DNA of 60,502 nt, from positions 1 to 60,502 of the IMG/VR virus record IMGVR_UViG_3300013137_001181; one strand, given 5' to 3'. Shown here piece after piece: positions 1-9,410 of this stretch; position 1 is the first letter of the stretch; each line of letters opens with the position of its first letter. Source of the DNA: a virus. Lineage: Duplodnaviria; Caudoviricetes. The notes below the pieces were generated by a model. The model saw nothing but the letters and a program-made list of their open reading frames with translations, was not told the DNA's origin and did no database searches. The position numbers were made by a program, and so were the translations under genes.

Positions 1-114
1 TTCTGTAACAATCCATTTATTTATCGTTCCTATGACTGGATTACGGAGCGTATCAGTAACATTGAACTTCTCATCTCTCACGAACAGGGTATCTATCTTT
101 GAATATGTTTTCAT
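1..114 (-). CDS. 5' part of a probable RNA ligase (Rnl2-like nucleotidyltransferase), truncated by the window edge
   Basis: Manual translation MKTYSKIDTLFVRDEKFNVTDTLRNPVIGTINKWIVTE resembles the YxKI..+F.RD...W..TEKxDG N-terminus of phage RNA ligases. The catalytic Lys would lie just outside the window. Confidence 0.55.
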   Translation of the reverse strand, partial: MKTYSKIDTLFVRDEKFNVTDTLRNPVIGTINKWIVTE

Positions 115-142
115 ATCTTCAAACGGTAACTAATAATGATTA

Positions 143-409
143 TTAAACTTCTATGTTATAAACTCCGCTATTTAATGAATAACTTGTATTATTACAATAA
201 TGAATCCAAGGTTGCTCATACCAAGGTTGTGTCCATCGTTCAATATAAATTGGATAACTCCACCCTTGAATGGTTGTATTTGTCTCAAGTGTAAAGTCTT
301 TCCACTCATTATTGGGCAGAATTTTCTTTACTGTTTCCATAAATTTTGATAACTTCACAGCCTCTTCTACCTTGATTGTTTTTTTTGTGGTATCAAGTTG
401 TATTTTCAT
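143..409 (-). CDS. hypothetical protein
   Basis: 88 aa ORF co-directional with neighbours. Confidence 0.7.
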   Translation of the reverse strand: MKIQLDTTKKTIKVEEAVKLSKFMETVKKILPNNEWKDFTLETNTTIQGWSYPIYIERWTQPWYEQPWIHYCNNTSYSLNSGVYNIEV

Positions 410-438
410 ACTAAATAATTAAACTAATAATGATTAAC

Positions 439-538
439 TTGGACTCAATTGAGCTTGCGTTCGGGAGCTTCACCGACTATGGCACTCTAGCTAGCATGTG
501 GCTATACGTCTACTCCCCATAAGCTCAATTCAATCCAA
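439..538 (-). ncRNA. candidate structured RNA
   Basis: Ends TTGGACTCAATTGAGCTT / AAGCTCAATTCAATCCAA form a long imperfect closing stem in a non-coding gap. Confidence 0.3.
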
Positions 539-548
539 CAGGATAATG

Positions 549-678
549 TGGAGAGGGTAGGGTTTGACCTACAGGATTTATCCAAGGACTTATCTGTTTC
601 TCGTCGTATATTCTTTGAGGTTGCCTCGTAACCTGCTCATATACTGAGTTTTAATTACTCACTGGTAATATCCTCTCC
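549..678 (-). ncRNA. tRNA-like element with enlarged interior
   Basis: Minus strand: acceptor-like GGAGAGG/CCTCTCC-A, D-like hairpin ATTAC-CAGTGA-GTAAT, T-like arm GTAGG-TCAAAC-CCTAC. No canonical anticodon arm. Confidence 0.45.
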
Positions 679-698
679 ACGCTATCCTATTTGTTCCT

Positions 699-796
699 AT
701 CGGGGTGCGGGATTGTACCTTCCGAGAAGTTTCTGATTGTGCCTTATTTTCTTTGCTAAAGCGCAATATGCCAACTTTCGTTGACACCCCCCCGAT
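699..796 (-). ncRNA. candidate tRNA-like structured RNA
   Basis: Closing stem ATCGGGG.../...CCCCGAT, TGTCAAC-GAAA-GTTGGCA hairpin and a degenerate T-arm-like 3' hairpin. Confidence 0.3.
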
Positions 797-825
797 GGAT
801 TGTCAATGTGCAATAATTAAATTAC

Positions 826-1065
826 TTAGTTGTTGACTATGAGAGCCATAGCGATAACAAGAAGAAAACAATCTAATAGAAAACCACCCGTATTGGAAAA
901 TACCATAATAAATAAAGCAAGCACAGAGCTTATCGGGAAGGTCATTATGGAGCCAAAGAATCCTATGCCTCCGTATATCTCTCCCCACATTGCAAAGGTC
1001 TGTATGGCTACAAGAAATAGAATGCCATACCCTATAAAGTTCCCAATCAGTTTTAATGTGTTCAT
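826..1065 (-). CDS. small multi-pass membrane protein
   Basis: 79 aa, almost entirely hydrophobic. Confidence 0.65.
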   Translation of the reverse strand: MNTLKLIGNFIGYGILFLVAIQTFAMWGEIYGGIGFFGSIMTFPISSVLALFIMVFSNTGGFLLDCFLLVIAMALIVNN

Positions 1066-1210
1066 TGGTACTATTTGATAAAAAATTATAATAACGTCTG
1101 CAACCGATGTTAATGTCGCTGGAGACCTTTTACAAGATCCCCAACACCATGAACACCTTTTGCTTGTGCAGAATATTTTTTTAAAAGAACAGTTCGGAAC
1201 TCTTTTTTAA

Positions 1211-1561
1211 TCAATTGAATCTTTCTTTGTTTCTTTTATCCATGTCGCCATACTTTAATTTAATGATTTTAGTTTTCATAACAGAATGAATGAGAGATAC
1301 GATTAAATGAAGCTTTCTTTCTTTAACAAGCGCTCCTTCTGTCAGCAAAAGCACACACCACTGACTATTGGTATATATTGTTGAGAAGGAGGAGGATAGT
1401 AATAGTGCATGCGCTATTGCCATAAGATCGGCTTCATTCTTGGTGAGATTTTTCTTATTATAAACTATAATCTTTATGTCCTTAGACAAATCGTTTTCAA
1501 TAAGAAGCTCTGAAATGCCCATGTCCTTTTCTTCCTTTTTTCCTTTTGCGTATATTTTCAT
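1211..1561 (-). CDS. RNase H-like fold protein, catalytic residues degenerate
   Basis: MKIYAKG, TKNEADLMAIAHAL and IYTNSQ match RNase HI motifs IYTDG, TNNxAEL.A...AL and IYTDSQ, but with D>K, E>D and D>N. Confidence 0.6.
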   Translation of the reverse strand: MKIYAKGKKEEKDMGISELLIENDLSKDIKIIVYNKKNLTKNEADLMAIAHALLLSSSFSTIYTNSQWCVLLLTEGALVKERKLHLIVSLIHSVMKTKIIKLKYGDMDKRNKERFN

Positions 1562-1737
1562 ATTTATATCTAATATAATTCTAACCATTCCGTCTTTCTA
1601 AAAAAACCTACGCCGCGGTCCGTGTTTCTAGCTTTATCTCCTGAACTTTCTTCAAGAATGAAAAGTAAATATCTGTGAAAACAGGTATCCAACGGCATAG
1701 ATTTAATTTAATTATATCAACGAACAATGTGCAACTG

Positions 1738-1950
1738 TCAAGTGTTTTGTGTTCCTGCTTCTGCGCCACCTGCGGTCATCTGTTTCCTGAGCTGTTCTGT
1801 TAGTTTGTTCCACTCCTTGTCAAAGTCAAACTTCTCTCCTTCCTCCAGCTCGAAGGTTTCATCAAGTCCTACTTCTACCTTGCGGAAATTATCTCTGAAC
1901 TTGATTGTCTGACTTACTGTTTTGTGTAGTGTTATTGTTTTGAGTTTCAT
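1738..1950 (-). CDS. hypothetical protein
   Basis: 70 aa ORF in operon. Confidence 0.65.
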   Translation of the reverse strand: MKLKTITLHKTVSQTIKFRDNFRKVEVGLDETFELEEGEKFDFDKEWNKLTEQLRKQMTAGGAEAGTQNT

Positions 1951-1956
1951 AGTTTG

Positions 1957-2316
1957 TTATGGAAAATCTGTTTCAAATGGTGCTTTTTCCGCGTTTGTTT
2001 CAGTATCGGCAGATGCTTTCTTCTCATACTTTTCAAACGGCTTTCTCCAGAAATATCCACCCTGCTTGTATGTTCCAAGGTTGCATTTTGCAAAGCAACC
2101 AGCGTTTATACACTGAATACTCACATAGATATTTCCTTCTTTGTCCTTGTTGGTAACTAACTTAAATCTATCAGGATCGTTATTTTTACACACATCACAA
2201 TAAAAAGGAGGATTTGTTAGCGTGATTACTTGATTAAGTGCGCTCTTGACATCTTTTTCATCGATTTCAACTGCATAACTTGCGCCCCCAACCCTGAAAC
2301 TACCTTTGACTATCAT
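1957..2316 (-). CDS. hypothetical Zn-binding protein with acidic C-terminal tip (possibly SSB-like)
   Basis: CxxC...Cx4C motif; ends PFETDFP; next to primase-helicase. Confidence 0.6.
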   Translation of the reverse strand: MIVKGSFRVGGASYAVEIDEKDVKSALNQVITLTNPPFYCDVCKNNDPDRFKLVTNKDKEGNIYVSIQCINAGCFAKCNLGTYKQGGYFWRKPFEKYEKKASADTETNAEKAPFETDFP

Positions 2317-2349
2317 AGGTATAATTTTGAATTATTAATACTTAGCTAT

Positions 2350-2378
2350 ATTATAACATTCTCTCTTAATTTTGTCAA
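2350..2378 (-). promoter_or_regulatory. sigma70-type promoter
   Basis: TTGACA-17 nt-TATAAT perfect consensus on minus strand. Confidence 0.8.
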
Positions 2379-2385
2379 GAGCATT

Positions 2386-4029
2386 TTACTTCCAGTCTGC
2401 CCTTGATTGGACCGACACAGCGAGCTGAGCTGTCGGTGCGCTCTGTGTAACTTCGGTTATCAAAGCACTTTTCGTAACAACATTTACATCATTGAACTTT
2501 AACTCAACCACACCTGTTGAAATACCTTTTGTTTTGACAACATAGAGATAACCTTTCTCCGTCACCGCTATGTTATGCAAATCAAACTCATCCTTCTCTC
2601 GTATGATGATAAAGACGTCGGTTGAGTCCTGTTTGAATGCGGCACTTCCTGCGATGTCGTCAGCTGTCGGTCTTATGTCTTCCTTTTTACCAGTAACTCG
2701 TTTTCTCAAATGTGCAATAAGCATAATTGCGGTATTCTTCTGTTTGGTCAAAGCTCTAAGCTGTTTAAGAATGTTCGCCTGATCCTGTAAATAGTTGGCT
2801 TTGTCATGGACAAAATAACCGATATGGTCAACAACGATAAGGTCGTAATGAACAGTTGTCTCGCGAATTATCTTCTCAAGCTCTTCTACCGATTTAATGT
2901 CATCGTCAATAAAAAGGTCTATGTTCGGTATCTCAAAGTTACTAAGTATTTGTTTTGTCACCTCTTTATATGGTTTGTTCTTGATTATGGATGCGAGTAT
3001 CTGAACAATACCCGTTCCTGATTCAAGAGCAATGTAGAGTACTTTCTTACCTTGTTTTGCCACATTCACCGCAAAATTACACGCAAGACTCGTCTTTCCT
3101 GCGTTGGTCTCGCCAGTCATGGTGTAAAGATTGCCAGGAGTGAAGCCTCCGACAAGACTATCCAGCTTCATCATACCTGTTGATGGTGCTTTTGCTATCA
3201 TGTCAAACTCAATGGCTCTCTGTTCAGAGACCTCTTTTATTGAGCGAGGTTGTTTTATCCTTTTACCAGTCTGCTCTTCATGATATTTTTTAGCTTGGTT
3301 CAGTATTGTCTTTACCTCGTCTGCCGGTAGTGGTGGATTATATCCGTTATTCACAGCCGTGACGAGGTTAATAACATCTGCTTCTTCGTGTCTAGTAAAT
3401 AGACTTCTGGCAAACTTCAACAGAGACGAATTTCTGCTTCCTGAGGTAAGCTCAAGTATCTGCTTATAATCAAGGCTTTTGCCGACCTTGGATTCTTTCA
3501 GCGCTGACTGAATTTCGTTTGCAGTCATCAAGTCTTGTAATTCTGCGAGATTTTCCTTCTTTGGCGGTTTTATCCACTTGTAGAAGCCAAGTTCTCCTGT
3601 CTTGAGCATAACAGGACTGTTTGGTATTCCGACATAGCCACCTTCTCCGCGTATATCAACAGCCTTACCGGCAATATTCACCGTATTCTTGATTTTCTCG
3701 TTGCCAAGAAAGTAATAGTGAAATCCGCCTGATGGTGTCTGGCACACGATGGGCGAGTTTATGTTCTTAACAAGTTCTGAAGCAAATCCTTGTTTCTTGA
3801 GTCCATCATCGTCAAGAACGGTAACATTGCTGAGTTTGCCACAAACCAAGGCTAAACCAGCACCTTTGTTCACGATGTAGCCCTCAAGTTCTTTCTCGGT
3901 CATTCTCTCGGCCTGATACTTTTGCCAGTCCACCATAGGTCTTTTATCGTTCTTTATGGGTATAAGCGACCAACCTATGCTGAGATAGTATCTCATCAGT
4001 TTAAGTCGTCTGTCCGTTTGTTCGTTCAT
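2386..4029 (-). CDS. bifunctional primase-polymerase fused to DnaB/RecA-type helicase
   Basis: N-terminal Prim-Pol motifs (GWSLIPI, VLDDD, TPSGGFHYYF, DIRGEGGYV), PriCT-like GSRNSSL...PPL, Walker A GETNAGKT, IVVDH, IAHLRK, DIAGS. Confidence 0.9.
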   Translation of the reverse strand: MNEQTDRRLKLMRYYLSIGWSLIPIKNDKRPMVDWQKYQAERMTEKELEGYIVNKGAGLALVCGKLSNVTVLDDDGLKKQGFASELVKNINSPIVCQTPSGGFHYYFLGNEKIKNTVNIAGKAVDIRGEGGYVGIPNSPVMLKTGELGFYKWIKPPKKENLAELQDLMTANEIQSALKESKVGKSLDYKQILELTSGSRNSSLLKFARSLFTRHEEADVINLVTAVNNGYNPPLPADEVKTILNQAKKYHEEQTGKRIKQPRSIKEVSEQRAIEFDMIAKAPSTGMMKLDSLVGGFTPGNLYTMTGETNAGKTSLACNFAVNVAKQGKKVLYIALESGTGIVQILASIIKNKPYKEVTKQILSNFEIPNIDLFIDDDIKSVEELEKIIRETTVHYDLIVVDHIGYFVHDKANYLQDQANILKQLRALTKQKNTAIMLIAHLRKRVTGKKEDIRPTADDIAGSAAFKQDSTDVFIIIREKDEFDLHNIAVTEKGYLYVVKTKGISTGVVELKFNDVNVVTKSALITEVTQSAPTAQLAVSVQSRADWK

Positions 4030-4864
4030 ATTGTTTTTTTTGTGCGTTACTCCACTTTATAACGCTTGCAACCATCGCATTCGCACTAGGCATTCCTGGT
4101 GCATATCTATCAAAAACCATCAGATCAAATTCGGTCATTGTCCGCACTTTACCTTCCTCCTTGTCTCTTCTTAACCAGGCCTGTAACACAAGGTTTAAAT
4201 CTTTGTGAGGATAGACCTTTCCATTTTTATCTCTAAAAGTATCGGTCTCAATCTTTTCGCGGATATAAAAATACTTTCGTATAACATCTTCTATCTTGAT
4301 AGAAAGCTTGCCTGCTATTCGGTAACAGTCTGCATATCCTAGTTTTTGTTCAATGAGTGGCGGATACTTATTTAAAGGCTTAACATTTTTGCTTACTTTT
4401 TTTTCTTCTTCTTTATATATATATATTTCTTCTTCTTTTTTTTCTTGTGTATTACTAGTATATATATTCTTAGTATTCTTGTTTGTGGTTAGTTGCTGGT
4501 TAGTTGTTTGTTGATTAGCTGGTTGTTCAGCTGGTTGATGAGACTGATATTCTTGCCAATTTAAGATTGAAATAAGTGAAAATCTGTTGGTTGATTGGAT
4601 GGTTATTGTGCTGGTTGATTTTAGCACAGTGAGACAAGTCCTTATAGATTGGTGCGATATACCAGTCTGTTTGGAAAGCTCATTTCTGCCAGTTAAAAGT
4701 TGACCAGGGAGCACCTCTATTTCCTGTCCATTCCAGTAAAATTTTCTCTTCTCTTGGTTAACGGAAAGCAACAGGTGGACAAACAATGCTACAACGAGCG
4801 GATTTCGTTTGAAAGACGTATCCTTTAGTTTGCGATGTAATTTGATCCAACCCTGATTTTCCAT
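4001..4864 (-). CDS. phage replication initiator (replisome organiser type)
   Basis: GWIKLHRK N-terminus, wHTH-like GQLLTGRNELSKQTG, Q/T/N-rich linker. Confidence 0.8.
   Translation of the reverse strand: MENQGWIKLHRKLKDTSFKRNPLVVALFVHLLLSVNQEKRKFYWNGQEIEVLPGQLLTGRNELSKQTGISHQSIRTCLTVLKSTSTITIQSTNRFSLISILNWQEYQSHQPAEQPANQQTTNQQLTTNKNTKNIYTSNTQEKKEEEIYIYKEEEKKVSKNVKPLNKYPPLIEQKLGYADCYRIAGKLSIKIEDVIRKYFYIREKIETDTFRDKNGKVYPHKDLNLVLQAWLRRDKEEGKVRTMTEFDLMVFDRYAPGMPSANAMVASVIKWSNAQKKQYERTNGQTT
4380..4620. repeat. putative origin: iteron-like GCTGGTTG/GTTGGTTG/GGTTAGTTG repeats plus AT-rich tract inside the initiator gene
   Basis: Repeated GGTT-core units at ~4487-4620 next to an A/T-rich stretch at 4380-4480; this is the lambdoid ori-within-rep layout. 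Confidence 0.45.
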
Positions 4865-4865
4865 A

Positions 4866-5033
4866 TCATGATTCTTGAGTTTCGATTAATATGAATCCTT
4901 TTCCTTTGCAGCCGTGGCAGGTAATTCGCTGATATGTTACTGTTCCGTGACCATTGCAGACAACACATCTAACAGGCACATACTTGGGTTTTGGAGTCTC
5001 CTTTTTTACGGGGATTCTGTTTATATCATCCAT
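4866..5033 (-). CDS. small DnaJ-type zinc finger protein (not in ORF track)
   Basis: 55 aa, MDDINRIP...CVVCNGHG...CHGCKGKG (two CxxCxGxG). Confidence 0.7.
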   Translation of the reverse strand: MDDINRIPVKKETPKPKYVPVRCVVCNGHGTVTYQRITCHGCKGKGFILIETQES

Positions 5034-5139
5034 GGTAATAGGTAAAATGTTAAAAATCTTTCTTTCCTTGTTCGATATTCGTCAGTCGTTCAAACAAATT
5101 CTAACACATGTTCGGGGTTATACAAGAACACAATTCATA

Positions 5140-5520
5140 TCATACTATATCGTCTTTAAATGATAAAATACGAGCAAGCTTCTCACTTGTCACCTCTTTT
5201 CTATCAAAAAAAATCTTGCCGTCCTCTGGACCTTCATGTTCAAACTGTATCAAATGATATCCGCGGTAATCTATTCCTATCTTTGCGCAGTACTCCTTAA
5301 GCGCCGGATGCATAATTGTCCTAATAAACAGAGCAAACCATTTTGAAACCTCGGCTCCGCGCGTTTTTTCTTCGGCAAGCATGAGTTTCTTTTGAGCCCA
5401 ATTATAGTAAATCCAGTCCTGATTACCTACACAGTATCCTGTGCTTGAATCAGGCAGGTGTGTTCGTATCCAACCTGAGAATACGAGCGACCGTCTGTTA
5501 GTCTTTTCTTGTTGCGTCAT
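5140..5520 (-). CDS. hypothetical protein, possible PD-(D/E)xK nuclease-like
   Basis: DWIYY...LAEEK spacing resembles D...ExK; overlaps the MTase stop. Confidence 0.5.
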   Translation of the reverse strand: MTQQEKTNRRSLVFSGWIRTHLPDSSTGYCVGNQDWIYYNWAQKKLMLAEEKTRGAEVSKWFALFIRTIMHPALKEYCAKIGIDYRGYHLIQFEHEGPEDGKIFFDRKEVTSEKLARILSFKDDIV

Positions 5521-6586
5521 GGATTCTTTTCAATGACAATTTATAGTCAATTTCGTTTATTTCTATACCTATAGCATTTCTTCCCAATTCATAAGCAACT
5601 TTCGGAAATGTTCCGCTCCCAGAAAAAGGATCTAGCACTACGTCACCAATGCTCGTAAATCGTTCTACAAGAGACTTTACTCCTGTTTCCGACTGTTGCC
5701 ACTCATGCATGTCTTTCTGCTCTTCCTCTGACACCACAACGTCAGAAATCGAGTGATCTATCTTGTTGTTGGGTGCCTTTTGGAAAATAACGACAGGTTT
5801 CCATCCACACATGACATTGCGGGGCAAGATTAACTGTGTGTTACCTTCATGAATGAGCGCAAATGTCCAATAATATTTAAGTCCGCTTTCTAAAAGCAGA
5901 TTAAGTATCTCTGGTAAATGAATCTCTCCTGAATAGGCAATAAGAAATCCGTTTGGTTTGAGCACCTTGCTTGCAAACACACCTAAATCTTTCCATAGCG
6001 GAAGGAACTCCCCTGGGTATGGTGGATCGGTTATAATTGTGTCAATTGAGTTTTCGGCTATCTGTACCTTTCTGAAGTCGTCATTAAAAATCTTAACCTC
6101 GGCTGGAAGTTCTACCTTTCCACTTGCGAGCGCTTCCTTCTTTTTTTTATGGTCTTTTACTAGCTTTCTAAAGTCTCTTCGTTTGATATTCTCTTTTTCC
6201 GCTTTATCTAGCAGTTCCTCCTGTGACTGTGGGTCGAGATTTGCCACTTCTGCGTGGTGATCGAAGCTAAGATTTTCACGCCTGCGTGAAATTTCGACCT
6301 TTGAAGACACATATTTGTCATTGGCAAGTGTGCCGTAATCATATCCAGTTTCTTCTATTGCTTGAGCATACATTTCTCCATAATTTTGTTCTCCATAGTT
6401 TAGCCAGTCGCCAAGCCAAAGATGAACCGCTCCAGTCGCTTTTCTTATGAAACCTCCGCATTCCATCCATTCTTCAAATGTTGGTTTTCCAACGGGAAGC
6501 ATTCCGTTTTTAAGTAGTTTAAAACCGCTATAAACAATATTTCTATCTTTATCGGTTTGGAGTGCCATATCCTTCTGTGTATCCAT
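5498..6586 (-). CDS. LmbU-like N-terminal domain fused to N6-adenine/N4-cytosine DNA methyltransferase
   Basis: WLGDWLNYGE...SRRRENLSFDHHAEVA (LmbU-like), then ITDPPY and VLDPFSGSGT in beta-class order. Confidence 0.85.
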   Translation of the reverse strand: MDTQKDMALQTDKDRNIVYSGFKLLKNGMLPVGKPTFEEWMECGGFIRKATGAVHLWLGDWLNYGEQNYGEMYAQAIEETGYDYGTLANDKYVSSKVEISRRRENLSFDHHAEVANLDPQSQEELLDKAEKENIKRRDFRKLVKDHKKKKEALASGKVELPAEVKIFNDDFRKVQIAENSIDTIITDPPYPGEFLPLWKDLGVFASKVLKPNGFLIAYSGEIHLPEILNLLLESGLKYYWTFALIHEGNTQLILPRNVMCGWKPVVIFQKAPNNKIDHSISDVVVSEEEQKDMHEWQQSETGVKSLVERFTSIGDVVLDPFSGSGTFPKVAYELGRNAIGIEINEIDYKLSLKRIHDATRKD

Positions 6587-6809
6587 ATTTACAGATGCAA
6601 ATAAATAAATAATTGACAGTATAGACCTATTTTAATCAAAAATCAATCCGCAATGCGTCATCTCTTACAGTTGAGATAGCACTCGAAGCATCCCATTGAC
6701 TCATAAACCTCCCGTTGTTTTGAGTCTACATGACAGCGAATCCACCAGTATAGGCGAAAAAGTTTTTCTATCATATTCAACTAAAAAACTATTAAAATCT
6801 CTATCCGAG

Positions 6810-7115
6810 CTAATCTTCGTCTACCAAAAAACCACAGTCTTCGCAATCGGTTGACCACCATGTGTTTCCGTCTGCGCTTCCGCCACCCATTGTAACTATC
6901 TTACCACCACAAAAGCATGTAGTGCTACACGGTTCGCTCTTATTAAGGCTGGCGCGTTCTATTTTTCTAAGATAGTCCTCGTGTGCTTTGTCTTTCGGAA
7001 CCATGAGTCCACAATCTGTACCATTTGGTTTCCCGTTAATGTCGCATGCCACAAAAACATGCTCCCAGCCTTCGTTGAACTTTTGACCGCATACAACACA
7101 AGTAAATTTGCACAT
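6810..7115 (-). CDS. Cys-rich hypothetical protein
   Basis: Likely start MCKFTCVVCG; several CxxC pairs. Confidence 0.55.
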   Translation of the reverse strand: MCKFTCVVCGQKFNEGWEHVFVACDINGKPNGTDCGLMVPKDKAHEDYLRKIERASLNKSEPCSTTCFCGGKIVTMGGGSADGNTWWSTDCEDCGFLVDED

Positions 7116-7119
7116 AGTT

Positions 7120-7686
7120 TTATTTTGATTTATAAAAAACGAACCACTCATCTTCATTTTTGAAGTTGGAGCGATACTCCTTTCCTTCAAATAGCAACCT
7201 CCACGTTGACCAGCGGATTTTCTTTTTTGGCAGATCGTATGGCTCCACATAATAGGTGTGGCATCCAAGCCGTTTTGCGAGACTAAGTGTTCCAGGGAAG
7301 CACTTTAGCTTGAAATAAGACAGAATGGATAGCCCATGTTCTAGGATATCTTTCACCTCCTCTACACTTTTGTGTTTATCCATAATATTTTCAAGTCTTC
7401 CTGAGTGAATAAAATTATGGCAATAATGACAAAGCGGTTCAATAGAGCTTATTTCGCATGTTCCTCGGTTGTAATCAATCTTCCAAAACTCATGAGCCTC
7501 AAGCCATTTGTGCTTTTTGGCCTCACTTTTGTGGACTCCGCAAGCAATACAGTGAAAATCATATCTCTCATATGTCTCTTTGCGCTTCTTATCCCACCAT
7601 GTTTGACCCATAATGGTCCTAGGATTTACTCCATGAAGCGGTTTAGGAATATTTGGATGTGTTAATATCTCAGGTTTAAGTTTCAT
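7120..7686 (-). CDS. HNH-like endonuclease
   Basis: CIACG...LEAHE...LCHYCHNFIH. Confidence 0.75.
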   Translation of the reverse strand: MKLKPEILTHPNIPKPLHGVNPRTIMGQTWWDKKRKETYERYDFHCIACGVHKSEAKKHKWLEAHEFWKIDYNRGTCEISSIEPLCHYCHNFIHSGRLENIMDKHKSVEEVKDILEHGLSILSYFKLKCFPGTLSLAKRLGCHTYYVEPYDLPKKKIRWSTWRLLFEGKEYRSNFKNEDEWFVFYKSK

Positions 7687-7922
7687 TTTTTCTTCTTGTG
7701 CGTTTTCTGATAAAGTTTATCGCTTTCTTCTAACCTAAGCTGTTTCATATAGATTTCGTGGCACACGCCCTTATGCGTTTTATGTACACCTTCTCGTTTA
7801 TAGTACACGAAAGGTTTTTCACAGATTACACAGATTCCCCCGAGCAACTTTTCCGAATCGGTAGTTTTTACTGCTCTCATATGATTTGTTTTAACTTTTA
7901 TTGTTCCTTCTGTTGGACTCAA
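7683..7922 (-). CDS. hypothetical protein (CxxC...H...C)
   Basis: 79 aa, overlapping stop/start with neighbours. Confidence 0.55.
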   Translation of the reverse strand: MSPTEGTIKVKTNHMRAVKTTDSEKLLGGICVICEKPFVYYKREGVHKTHKGVCHEIYMKQLRLEESDKLYQKTHKKKK

Positions 7923-8226
7923 ACTTTTTTATTGCTTTGTTGAATTTAATTATAACTTCGGCAAAAGTAAGATATCCTGAGACATCATCGTCTCCAGCAA
8001 TCATTGTTTCCCATAGGTTCTCATTAACACCATAGCTTCCAAAGCGACAAACAGCGTCTCCAATGCACTTACCTTTGTCGGTTTGTAGAACAACCTGAAT
8101 GTCATTTTTATTGGTCATGCTTGTTCCAGGTACATTGTGTATGAGACGACCAGCTACACCCATAAAATCTGTATACCATTCAAGCACATATCCTTCTTTA
8201 TAGACCGAGCTTGCTATTTTTTTCAT
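7891..8226 (-). CDS. hypothetical protein
   Basis: 111 aa in operon. Confidence 0.65.
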   Translation of the reverse strand: MKKIASSVYKEGYVLEWYTDFMGVAGRLIHNVPGTSMTNKNDIQVVLQTDKGKCIGDAVCRFGSYGVNENLWETMIAGDDDVSGYLTFAEVIIKFNKAIKKFESNRRNNKS

Positions 8227-8426
8227 ATTATTGGGCTTGTTATGGATGCCTTTCCAGCAGAAACTGTTAATTGGTTCATTTTGTGACCGGCTATTCGTGG
8301 ATCCTTGCGGTACTTTTTAACCGCCCTGTTAATAGCAACGGCAAAACTCGAAGCCTTTTCAATATATTCCCGCGTAATCGGATACGGAACGTAACCTGTA
8401 ACCTTAATCGCAAATACGTTTCTCAT
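8223..8426 (-). CDS. hypothetical protein
   Basis: Likely start MRNVFAIKV coupled to the upstream stop (ATGA). Confidence 0.6.
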   Translation of the reverse strand: MRNVFAIKVTGYVPYPITREYIEKASSFAVAINRAVKKYRKDPRIAGHKMNQLTVSAGKASITSPII

Positions 8427-9283
8427 GAGATTGTTTTGAATAAATTTTTTAATACACACAGAAAGAGATTCCATAAAAAGAATATTGGATATCCAATCAT
8501 GTATACAATCCAATATATAGATTCATCTATAAAATTTCTAGACGAATAATTTGTTCTTTGTCTTCTAGAAGAACCACAGAATTCAGAGAATTCGTCACTT
8601 TGTATTATTGAAATTTCTTCTCCGACTTCTATAAAACCTTGTTCCTTCATTTCGAAACTTGCAACGGTTTGGGCAGTTCCAAACCTGTTTTTTTTAACTT
8701 CTATTGTTCTTGTTGCGTCTTCGTTCAATCGCATAAACAGCGTTACATCAACCATGTGTTGAAGTGTCAGCATTCCAGCAATGAGTCCGCTCTTTGTGCA
8801 ATGACCAATGACAACAATTGCTATGTTGTTTCTCTTTGCTATTTCAATCAGAGCAAGGAGTCCTTTTTTCATTTGCGTGGGACTTCCTGGTGTGAGGCTT
8901 GAGGTTCTTGAATAGATCATTTGCAAGCTGTCCACAATGACAAACTTTGGTTTTATCTTGTCTATCAAAACTTCTATATCTTCGATGGCAACGTTTTCCG
9001 AGCAGACAATGGAGGGGTTCAGTGCGTTGAGCCTGTCTGCCCGCATTTTGGTTTGGGAAAGGCTTTCTTCGCCCGACGCATAGAGTACGGAGCGTTCTTG
9101 TGCGATATTGTTCGCAACCTGAAGCCATAATGTAGATTTTCCGACACCTGGTTCACCTGCAAACATTATTACCGAACCAGACACGACGCCTCCACCAAGC
9201 AACTCATCAACTTTTTCAAATCCTGTTGATATTCTTTCAGCGGTTGCTGTTTTTATCTTGTTAATAGAAATCGCGGATATCAT
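8423..9283 (-). CDS. radA: RadA/Sms-like ATPase core (no N-terminal Zn finger, no Lon-like C-domain)
   Basis: GEPGVGKSTL, LYASGEES, IVDSLQ, IGHCTKSG, LQHMVD, KNRFG signature. Confidence 0.85.
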   Translation of the reverse strand: MISAISINKIKTATAERISTGFEKVDELLGGGVVSGSVIMFAGEPGVGKSTLWLQVANNIAQERSVLYASGEESLSQTKMRADRLNALNPSIVCSENVAIEDIEVLIDKIKPKFVIVDSLQMIYSRTSSLTPGSPTQMKKGLLALIEIAKRNNIAIVVIGHCTKSGLIAGMLTLQHMVDVTLFMRLNEDATRTIEVKKNRFGTAQTVASFEMKEQGFIEVGEEISIIQSDEFSEFCGSSRRQRTNYSSRNFIDESIYWIVYMIGYPIFFLWNLFLCVLKNLFKTIS

Positions 9284-9410
9284 AAATATATGATATGAAA
9301 AGATAAGATTAGGCGTGTTTTATTGACCTCCACCAAATCGGACTAATCCAATTTCGGTGTAGCATCAGGTAGACTTTAGTCCGTACCTTTTTATGGAACC
9401 TAATCTTTTG

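Noticed and set aside
6600-6800. Possible structured leader RNA upstream of the LmbU-MTase gene
   Set aside because: Only weak pairing is visible by eye, not enough to support a call.
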